The notes below the pieces were generated by a model. It was not told where the DNA came from, searched no databases, and saw only the letters and a list, made by a program, of their open reading frames with translations. A DNA stretch of 64,000 nt, taken from Candidatus Sumerlaeia bacterium. Lineage in GTDB: Bacteria > Sumerlaeota > Sumerlaeia > SLMS01. A program made the position numbers and the translations under genes. This document shows positions 56,874 through 64,000 of this stretch, one piece after another (positions within the stretch are counted from its first letter, which is position 1; each line of letters starts with the position of its first letter). The stretch covers positions 7,789-71,788 of the forward strand of contig JBBQYG010000001.1 in assembly GCA_038208905.1 (NCBI GenBank), given 5' to 3'.

Positions 56874-56986
56874 CCTTTACCACAAATCGACACTGATAAA
56901 CACGAATTTTTCCCTGCCCGTGCCCGAAGGAAACCCACGCGGACATGGTCGATTCCATTTGTGATCATTCGTGTCCATTCGTGGCA
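56874..56986. repeat. Copy B of the ~110-bp inverted-repeat-bounded intergenic element
   Basis: accacaaatcgacac (56879-56893) ... gtgtccattcgtgg (56971-56984). An internal cacgaat and a duplicated cattcgtg. Alignable end-to-end with copy A. Confidence 0.7.
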
Positions 56987-57236
56987 ACTGCTCCCCGATT
57001 CCCGCTCACCGGGCGGCCCATCCGAATGACCTTCGGTAAAGCGCTCTTCATCCCCCCACCCCCCCGGGCCGTGAAAACCGTTGCCACAATAGGCCCGGAA
57101 CCTACCTTGTGAAGGGGGGAAGTTGGAGCAATTGGACTTAGGCCCGGCGGCGGGGTGGTGGGTGCCCGGGGCTGATGACCGTGGCGAGCCGATGGCTCCA
57201 CGATGAATTTTCAGAAGCAAGCAAGGTGCGTCCCGA

Positions 57237-58475
57237 ATGAGCCAGATCCTGAACGGTGCCGAATCCCTTCATGACGAGGTCCATAGTGGGAGGTCGCCCC
57301 TGCTGGCGAAATGCGACCGCTTCACCAAGGCGGAGGAGCTGCGCGAGGTAGGCCTCTACCCGTATTTCCGCAAGATCGAGTCGGCCCAGGATACGGAGGT
57401 CGAGATCGATGGGCGGCGGATGCTCATGCTCGGCTCCAACAGCTACATGGGGCTGACCAACGACCCGCGCATCAAGGAGGCCGCCACCAAGGCCATTGCC
57501 AAGTACGGCACCGGCTGCGCGGGCTCCCGGTTCCTGAACGGCACGCTGGACATCCATGTGGAACTGGAGGAGCGCATCGCCGAAGTCCTCGGCAAGGAGG
57601 CGGCCCTGGTCTTTACCACCGGATACCAGACCAACCTGGGCGCGATCTCCGCGCTGGTGGGTCGCGAGGACGCGGTATTCGTGGACCGCACGGACCACGC
57701 CTCGATCATGGACGGCGCGAGGCTATCCTATGGCAAGACGTTCAAGTTTGCCCACAACAACGTGGACGATCTGGATCGGATGCTGACCAATAGCACGGCC
57801 CGCGGCAAAATGATCGTGGTGGATGGCGTCTATTCGATGGAGGGCGACATCGCCAAGCTCCCCCAGATCGTCGATGTCGCCCGCAGGCACCGGGCCGCGA
57901 TTCTGGTGGACGACGCCCACGCCCTGGGGGTGATCGGGCGGGACGGCTCGGGAACGGCAAGCCACTTTGGCGCGACAGACGATGTGGAAATCATTGCGGG
58001 AACGTTTTCCAAGTCGCTGGCGTCGATCGGCGGCTATGTGGCGGCGGACCGCGCCATTATCGACTACCTGAAACACCACGCCCGGGCGCTTATCTTTAGC
58101 GCCTCGATGGCGCCCTCCTGCGTGGCCGCCGCCCGGGCAGCTCTGGAAATCATGATCGCCGAACCGGAGCGCCGGGAGAACCTGTGGCGCAACACGCGCT
58201 TCATGATGGAAGGCCTGAAGTCCATCGGCCTGGACACCGGCGATTCCGAAACGCCGATCATGCCGGTGGTCATCGGCGAGATCGAGCGCTGCTTCCAGGT
58301 ATGGCGGATGCTGCACGACGCGGGGATCTTCGTGAATCCCGTGGTCGCCCCGGCGACTCCGCTGGACCGCTCTCTGATCCGCATCAGCGTGATGGCGACC
58401 CACACAACGGACCAGCTCTCCCACGCCCTCGATTGCATCGAGAAATGCGTCCGCACGATGGGGCTGACGGGCTAA
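57237..58475 (+). CDS. PLP-dependent alpha-oxoamine synthase (BioF/Kbl/serine palmitoyltransferase family)
   Basis: 412 aa. Class-II aminotransferase fold with the PLP lysine in GTFSKSLASIGG. Conserved HASIMDG and VVDGVYSMEGD. Confidence 0.85.
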   Translation: MSQILNGAESLHDEVHSGRSPLLAKCDRFTKAEELREVGLYPYFRKIESAQDTEVEIDGRRMLMLGSNSYMGLTNDPRIKEAATKAIAKYGTGCAGSRFLNGTLDIHVELEERIAEVLGKEAALVFTTGYQTNLGAISALVGREDAVFVDRTDHASIMDGARLSYGKTFKFAHNNVDDLDRMLTNSTARGKMIVVDGVYSMEGDIAKLPQIVDVARRHRAAILVDDAHALGVIGRDGSGTASHFGATDDVEIIAGTFSKSLASIGGYVAADRAIIDYLKHHARALIFSASMAPSCVAAARAALEIMIAEPERRENLWRNTRFMMEGLKSIGLDTGDSETPIMPVVIGEIERCFQVWRMLHDAGIFVNPVVAPATPLDRSLIRISVMATHTTDQLSHALDCIEKCVRTMGLTG

Positions 58476-58549
58476 GCCTTGCGTCCAGCCGGTCCACCGC
58501 GAGGATTCTCCCCTCAGAGGGTCGGGGATCGGGGGATGACAACTTGGCG

Positions 58550-61500
58550 ATGAGTTTCAACAACTGCTTCTATCGCGTCGTTGCGAGCCTGTTGCTCGTC
58601 GGGGCGTTGCACGGCGCCGCCCCGGCGGCGCGCGTGATTTTTGACGGCGTTCCGCCCGAGGGAATTCTGACGCGGGCAGACCGCCTGATGGTGACGACGA
58701 CGGGGACGCTTGTCTCGCGGAAGGTTCCCCCCGTGAAGTCGCAGAGCGACACCTACCTTTTTGCGGTGCCCGAGGGGCCGTTGGAGCTGGTGGTCAACCG
58801 CCTCCAGTTCCGCAACACCCGCACGGGCGAGTTGCGCGATTCCCTGCCCGGCGAGCCGCGCCACAAGGCCGTGTTCGACGCGGGCAAGCGCCAGTTCAAG
58901 CTCGATCCCTTCGGCCAATTCCGCGGCGTGCGCGCGGCGCGGCTGCAGATCAGCACGGCCCGGCCCTTCACCGATTCGGGCGAACAGCTGGAGATCGCCG
59001 GTTACGAGGCGGAGGTCCGCTGGCCCGAGCCCGGTGCGCCGCCCGCGTCCACCGACTCCGCGGTGGCGGGCGGGCTCTATCGCGAGATGCTCGACGCGAC
59101 GCTGGCATATCCCCCCGCCCTCGAAGCGTTTGCCGCGCCCGATTCGGCAAGCCCCCACCCAGGGCCGACGGCGTGGCAGCCCGCGGCGGAGGGTTCACCC
59201 GGGATGCCGTGGCTTCGGTTCGCGGTGAAGGATGACGACCTCTATCGCATCGATGCGGATTGGCTCCGCAAGGCCGGCGTCGCACTCGGAGAACTGACAC
59301 CCGGCGACATCCAGATCGTCCGGGAGGGTGTCGCCGTGCCGGGCCTCGCGCTGCCGGATGCAAAGCGCCCCTTTGCCGACGGCGGCAGGCTCGTGTTTCA
59401 CGCGAGCGGCAGCGATTCCAGCGAGACCGCCGAGGCCACCTATTTCCTGGGCCGCCGACCGCAGCCCGCTCCGATGGCGGCGATGGAGACCGCCCCGCCG
59501 TCCAATGGCGATATCCGCGAAGCGGTTGTCTATACGCGGCGGCACGTGGCCGAGCAGGACAACCAGTTCGAGACGCGCATGGGCGCGTTCCTTTCCATCC
59601 GGGAGATGGACTGGCTGTGGGGTCCGCTGGGCGTGGCCAAACCGCTCGTAACGCCCTTCGCGCTTCCCGGCCTCTCCGACGGCGGAACGACCGCGACGGT
59701 GCGCCTCTACTACGGAGAGGGACCTTTCCCCGCCGGCGCGCGCCTGACCGCAAAGATTGGCGGATCCCAGATTCTGGACGCGGAAATAAAAGCGGCCACG
59801 CGCGACTACGAATTCGCGATCCCGGCCGGTGCCGTTTCGCGAGAAGGGAACCAGCTTGAGTTCCAGCTGTCCGCCAAGGCCGAGCCCGAGTCCAAGGTGC
59901 TCCTCGACCAGATCGCGTTCGACTATCGCTCGTTTCCGTCCGCTGATGCGGGGCGACTTGACTTCGCGTTCTCGCCACTCGCCACAGAGGTGGGTGGCAC
60001 GACGGGCCTGCGCGCCGTTGGCTTCTCCGATTTCGTGCTGGCTGTTGACGTGACTGATCCCGCCAAGCCGATGCTGTATTCTCCGGAAAAGAGCGAGGGC
60101 GCCGTCCGTATCGTCGGCGCGATGGGGCCGACGACCCGCATCCTCCTCCGCGATCGCGACGCGGTGATGCTCGCCCCCGATGGACGCCCCGCGGCGGCGA
60201 CGGACCTCGCGTCGCGCTCACAGTCGGCGGATGCGCTGATCGTCTATCACAACCTCTTCGGGAAGGAAGCCACCCGCCTCGCCGAGTCGCTGCGCGAGGA
60301 AGGCATCGGAGTGAAGCTCATCGACGTGGAGACGATCTACAACGCCTACTCGTACGGCGATACTTCCTCCACGGCGATCCGCAATTTCCTGGCGGTGGCG
60401 GTCAACGAGTGGGCTGGTCGCCGCCCCGCCGCCGCGATCCTGATCGGCGACAGCACCAGCGACGGCCGCGGAGAGGCGCGCAACGGCCTACCCAATCATA
60501 TGCCGATCCCGTTGATGGTTTCCACCCAGGGTCAGGCGAAGGAGTTCTGCTCCGACAGCGTCTATACATGGCTTCGCGGAGAAGACCAGGCCGCCGACAT
60601 CATCCTGGCGCGCATTTCCCCCTCCGTTCCCGAGGAAGCCGCCGCGATTGTTGCCAACATCGTGCGCTATCGCGCGGCACAGGACACGCCGCAGGACTGG
60701 GCCGGCCGTGTGGTGACGCTGGTGGACAGCGGGGAATTCCGCGTTCCAGTGGAGCAGGCCTTCCGGCCCGGCCTGTTTGGCGGATACGAGAACCGCTTCG
60801 TCCACGCGGAGGACTTCGCGTGGGAGGACAACTACTACCTGCCGGAGCATCTGATACGTCGCGTGGAGGACTCCAAGGTGAGCCCTCTGCTGACGGCGGA
60901 GATCGAGAACGCCTTCAACGAGGGCGCCGCCGTGGTTTCGTTCTTCGGCCACGGCGCGCCCAACCTGTGGAGCAATCAGCGCTTTTGGTTCGGCGGCGGC
61001 ACGCCCAACAGCGACATCCCGCGGCTGCGCAACGGCGAGCGGATGCCGCTGGTGACATCGTTCACCTGCAACAACGCCGTGGTGGACTATCCGCTGGAGC
61101 CATGGAACATCTGCATCGCCGAGGACTTCATGCGGCACGAGGGGAAGGGCGCCATCGGCTGCTTCATGCCGTCTGGGCCGGGCTTCCTCGCCAGCCATCG
61201 CGTGATGGCGGAGGGATTCTCCAACGCGATGTCGCGCGCGCGGGTTCGCTCTCAGGGCGTCCTCGCGGAGCTGACGCGCACCTACTATCAAGCCAAGCAG
61301 AATCCCGACGATCACTCGCGCATGTTCCTCTTCCTCGGCGATCCCTTTCTGCGCCTTCCCCCGCCGACGGGCCCGGGCGGGGACTATCGCCGCGAGCGCG
61401 ACGCGACGCTTTCCGCCGAGGGCGGCGCCGTCGTGATCCGCGAGCTCAACGCGCAGGGAACGCCGGAGGAGAAGAAGCTCGCGGGGTTGCGACGCTGGGC

Positions 61501-62806
61501 GTTGACGCTGGAGAACCAGCTCTCGGTTCCCGCGGAGGCGACTCTTGAGGGCACGCTGACATCCGCGGAAGGCGAGGTCGTCGCGCGGCGGGTGCTGAAG
61601 CTGGATATTCCCGCGTTCGAGACCGCGCACGCGACGATGGAACTCGAAGTGCCGGGCCCCGGCGCGTACAAGTTTCGCGCGGAGATTCCCCACGAGAGCG
61701 GCGCGTGGGAAAGGCCCCGGATGCCATCGCGCATTGCCGGAGAGTTCCTTGTGGTTCCAGGCACCGAGAGGGGAATTCGCATCGCGCCCGCAACCTTTGC
61801 GCTTTCCGAGTCAACGGCGGGGCGCCAGGCCGCCCACCTCCAATTCACGATCTTCAACGAGGGAACGGAGCCCGCCTCCGCGCGCATGGAAGGCACGATC
61901 CGCCGCAACGGCGAGCCGGTGCATGAGTTTGCCAACGACTATCGTCGCTACAACACGGGCCAAACGGCGCTCATCTCCCAGGAGCTCCCGCTGGGAATGG
62001 AATTCCCCGAGCCACTGGACGTGGAGGTTCGCCTGCGCCACCTGGGCGACGAAGGCCCCGGCGAGGAGTATGCACGCTGGGAGTGGCGTATCGACGCGGG
62101 CAGCCTTCCCGACATCGCCGTAGTCCCCGACTCGGTCCGGGTGTCGCCACTGCCGCAGGCCGATGGCCTGACGGTTTTCGTGGAGGCGATCGTCGAGAAT
62201 CGCGGCGGCGCCACGAGCCCGCCGTTCAGTTGCGCGCTGTTCAAGGCCGAGGACATCGAGTTGAAGGAATCGCTCCGCAATGTGACTGGGCCCGATGCCG
62301 TGGCGGTGGAGCCGCTGGCCCCCGGCGAGCGCCGCGCGGTGCGCCTGCGCTGGGATCCTTCCAAGAACGCGGGGCGCTACGAGATCGCCCTCCGCACCGA
62401 CTCGGGCCGCGTGGTGCCTGAACCCGACAAGGCCAACAACCGGGTCACGATCCCTATGCAGGTCAGGACGAAGAGCCGCCTGTATATCGGAGACATCGCC
62501 ATGAAGCCGGGCGCGACGCCCAATGAGTTCCTGTTGAGCGGGATCGTCGGAAACTCCGGCGAGACCGACGCCCGGCGCGTCGCGGTGTTCTTTTTCCGGT
62601 CCCCCGAGCAAAGCAACGCCACCCGCATCGGCGAGGTCCTGCTGGATCGAGTCCCCGCGGGCGGCACCGCGACGGCGACAATGAAGTGGGTGGTGGACCC
62701 GATGCGCGAGGACGTGACCAAGCTGAAGCCGAGCTTTGCCGCCGCGCTGAAGGGGAGCCTGATGCGCATTTCCTCCATCGCCGAGCCAGAGGCCGCCGCA
62801 CCATGA
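58550..62806 (+). CDS. Large secreted peptidase C25 (gingipain-like, clan CD) family protein with C-terminal CARDB-like domains
   Basis: ATG at 58550 with a signal peptide. The upstream ORF-track extension overlaps bioF and is non-coding. Catalytic-dyad-like motifs VSFFGHGAPN (His) and LVTSFTCNNAV (Cys) about 35 aa apart. At least two CARDB-like modules (...GRYEIALRTDSGRVVPEPDKANNRVTIPMQV). Confidence 0.65.
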   Translation: MSFNNCFYRVVASLLLVGALHGAAPAARVIFDGVPPEGILTRADRLMVTTTGTLVSRKVPPVKSQSDTYLFAVPEGPLELVVNRLQFRNTRTGELRDSLPGEPRHKAVFDAGKRQFKLDPFGQFRGVRAARLQISTARPFTDSGEQLEIAGYEAEVRWPEPGAPPASTDSAVAGGLYREMLDATLAYPPALEAFAAPDSASPHPGPTAWQPAAEGSPGMPWLRFAVKDDDLYRIDADWLRKAGVALGELTPGDIQIVREGVAVPGLALPDAKRPFADGGRLVFHASGSDSSETAEATYFLGRRPQPAPMAAMETAPPSNGDIREAVVYTRRHVAEQDNQFETRMGAFLSIREMDWLWGPLGVAKPLVTPFALPGLSDGGTTATVRLYYGEGPFPAGARLTAKIGGSQILDAEIKAATRDYEFAIPAGAVSREGNQLEFQLSAKAEPESKVLLDQIAFDYRSFPSADAGRLDFAFSPLATEVGGTTGLRAVGFSDFVLAVDVTDPAKPMLYSPEKSEGAVRIVGAMGPTTRILLRDRDAVMLAPDGRPAAATDLASRSQSADALIVYHNLFGKEATRLAESLREEGIGVKLIDVETIYNAYSYGDTSSTAIRNFLAVAVNEWAGRRPAAAILIGDSTSDGRGEARNGLPNHMPIPLMVSTQGQAKEFCSDSVYTWLRGEDQAADIILARISPSVPEEAAAIVANIVRYRAAQDTPQDWAGRVVTLVDSGEFRVPVEQAFRPGLFGGYENRFVHAEDFAWEDNYYLPEHLIRRVEDSKVSPLLTAEIENAFNEGAAVVSFFGHGAPNLWSNQRFWFGGGTPNSDIPRLRNGERMPLVTSFTCNNAVVDYPLEPWNICIAEDFMRHEGKGAIGCFMPSGPGFLASHRVMAEGFSNAMSRARVRSQGVLAELTRTYYQAKQNPDDHSRMFLFLGDPFLRLPPPTGPGGDYRRERDATLSAEGGAVVIRELNAQGTPEEKKLAGLRRWALTLENQLSVPAEATLEGTLTSAEGEVVARRVLKLDIPAFETAHATMELEVPGPGAYKFRAEIPHESGAWERPRMPSRIAGEFLVVPGTERGIRIAPATFALSESTAGRQAAHLQFTIFNEGTEPASARMEGTIRRNGEPVHEFANDYRRYNTGQTALISQELPLGMEFPEPLDVEVRLRHLGDEGPGEEYARWEWRIDAGSLPDIAVVPDSVRVSPLPQADGLTVFVEAIVENRGGATSPPFSCALFKAEDIELKESLRNVTGPDAVAVEPLAPGERRAVRLRWDPSKNAGRYEIALRTDSGRVVPEPDKANNRVTIPMQVRTKSRLYIGDIAMKPGATPNEFLLSGIVGNSGETDARRVAVFFFRSPEQSNATRIGEVLLDRVPAGGTATATMKWVVDPMREDVTKLKPSFAAALKGSLMRISSIAEPEAAAP

Positions 62807-63993
62807 CGCGGCGGGCGCTGTATCTGGCGCTGCTGATTGTCGCGTCTTGCGCGGTCGGATGCGCGTCGCTTGGCAAGCCTGCGGCTGGGTCGCAAGTTCG
62901 AGACCGGGGATTCCGCGCGAGGCCCGTGATCCTGTGGGTGGACGCGGCGGGCTGCCCCCGCGCGCTGGCCTCCGCGGAGGCCAGTCTGGCCCTCGCCGTC
63001 GCCGCGAGGCAGACCGGTGTAACCCACCTTGCCATCGAGGCGCGCGACGCACGGGGCCGCGACAGCCTCGATATGTATCGACACGTCCGTCTTGCCGCGG
63101 AGCAGACGGGACTCCGCCTCGCCGTCGTGCTGCCACTCTTCGTCGCAGGAAGCGATGCGCCGCGCGAGGCCCAATCCGAGGCCGCGCGGTGGACCGGCGA
63201 AGGCTGGGCCATCGATCCGATGGATGGAAAGGGCGGCGCGCCGGCGATGCTCTCCCCCGCCGTCCCCGCGAATCGCGCGAGAGAGATTGAGGCAATCGCG
63301 CGCATCGCCGCCGATCCCAAGGTGGATATCCTGCTGATTACGGAACTTGGATTTCGCGATCCGCAAGCCGATGTCTCGCCCGCCGCGCGGCGAGCCTTCG
63401 AATCGTGGACGGGAACCACGATGCGTAGCTGGCCGGAGGCGGTCATGGGCACGGCGGCGCCCAGTTTTCCCTACGGGCCCCAAGGGCGCGGCCCGCTCTG
63501 GAATTCGTGGGTGTGGTGGCGCGCGGCGCTGCTGAGGGACTTCCTCGCGGAGATCAAGGGCGCCTTGGTAACCAGCGCCACCCAGCCGCCGCCGACGCTG
63601 GCGATTGTGGTGGACGCGCCCTATCCCGCCCACCAGCGCGCGGGCCTCAACTGGGCCGCGGCGGGGACCAGCGCTACGGCAGACAATCCGTGGCTTCCAA
63701 TGGACTATGACGCGACGGCGGCGGGACACCTGGCCGACGCGGTGGTGCTGGGATTCTGGGAGCCGGGGCTTGCGACGGTGGCCGACGCCGAGGCGCGCGG
63801 GTTTGCGTGGTGGGCCTCGGTGGAGGGAGGCGGCGCGGCGGCGCGGCGCTATCGATCCGAGGGCACGGGCCTGTGGGCGGCGCTGGATCAGGACGGCACG
63901 ATGTCGGAGGATCCCGCGCTATTGGTTGCGGCGAGGTCGCTCGATGGAGTGCTCATTCTATCGGCGTCGAAGATGTACCCGGAATTCCGCTGA
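62803..63993 (+). CDS. Lipoprotein of unknown function (possible glycoside-hydrolase-like TIM-barrel, GHL-type), coupled to the C25 peptidase gene
   Basis: ATG overlaps the upstream TGA (ATGA). Signal peptide with lipobox LIVASCAVGC. 396 aa. No catalytic motif identified. Confidence 0.45.
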   Translation: MTRRALYLALLIVASCAVGCASLGKPAAGSQVRDRGFRARPVILWVDAAGCPRALASAEASLALAVAARQTGVTHLAIEARDARGRDSLDMYRHVRLAAEQTGLRLAVVLPLFVAGSDAPREAQSEAARWTGEGWAIDPMDGKGGAPAMLSPAVPANRAREIEAIARIAADPKVDILLITELGFRDPQADVSPAARRAFESWTGTTMRSWPEAVMGTAAPSFPYGPQGRGPLWNSWVWWRAALLRDFLAEIKGALVTSATQPPPTLAIVVDAPYPAHQRAGLNWAAAGTSATADNPWLPMDYDATAAGHLADAVVLGFWEPGLATVADAEARGFAWWASVEGGGAAARRYRSEGTGLWAALDQDGTMSEDPALLVAARSLDGVLILSASKMYPEFR

Positions 63994-64000
63994 CCCCGCG

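Noticed and set aside
1-64000. CRISPR arrays, rRNA or tRNA genes, integrase/transposase genes
   Set aside because: No regularly spaced direct repeats with unique spacers were found. No rRNA-like conserved blocks. No cloverleaf-compatible tRNA candidates. No DDE or tyrosine-recombinase motifs recognised in any frame. This rests on manual inspection only, so a covariance-model scan (tRNAscan-SE, Infernal) would be needed to exclude small RNAs.

Overview
This is a 64-kb, very GC-rich (about 65-70%) bacterial chromosomal segment. The gene content looks like a PVC-superphylum, probably planctomycete-like, genome; that placement is inference from features listed below. Nearly all of it is densely packed core and envelope genes, many joined by 1-4 nt start/stop overlaps.

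Recognisable loci, in order:
- Two tandem OmpA/Pal-type proteins, then sugE, an OppC-type permease, and two divergently oriented membrane-anchored unknowns.
- A lower-GC patch carrying a DUF3800-like gene, followed by PBP2.
- A lipoprotein plus a pair of ABC-2 permeases plus a membrane-protein operon.
- A metal ABC importer (binding protein, ATPase, two permeases) in which BOTH permeases carry a C-terminal DtxR-family repressor domain, as in chlamydial YtgC-YtgR.
- tatA, two divergent PilT paralogues flanking nfu and aroA, and a large polytopic membrane protein.
- cbpA and grpE; a sugar-nucleotide gene pair co-oriented with rho, which has an N-terminal low-complexity insert; coaE and polA.
- A type IV pilus block: a PilM-PilN fusion, a small membrane protein, and a giant 1420-aa secretin.
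- An LPS-core cluster: a GT2-GT9 fusion glycosyltransferase, a WaaL-like ligase, a heptosyltransferase, a beta-lactamase-like hydrolase and moaC.
- A two-CXXCH (DUF1111-like) protein, a TPR membrane protein, and a small internally duplicated His/Cys-rich protein.
- A low-GC, frameshifted and truncated RecG-C-terminal/HATPase_c_4-type gene remnant.
- Large secreted proteins, including a C25 gingipain-like peptidase with CARDB domains, a second beta-lactamase-like hydrolase, and a BioF/Kbl/SPT-family alpha-oxoamine synthase.

No rRNA, tRNA or CRISPR array could be supported.

The signals most worth follow-up:
- The double permease-DtxR fusion, with an AT-rich direct-repeat candidate operator upstream.
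- A roughly 110-bp element with 14-bp terminal inverted repeats, present in two divergent intergenic regions.
- Recurrent inverted arrays of GGGAA(N)/(N)TTCCC unit repeats in intergenic regions.
- Two low-GC patches carrying defence/mobile-associated domain genes (DUF3800; the RecG-C-terminal-type remnant).
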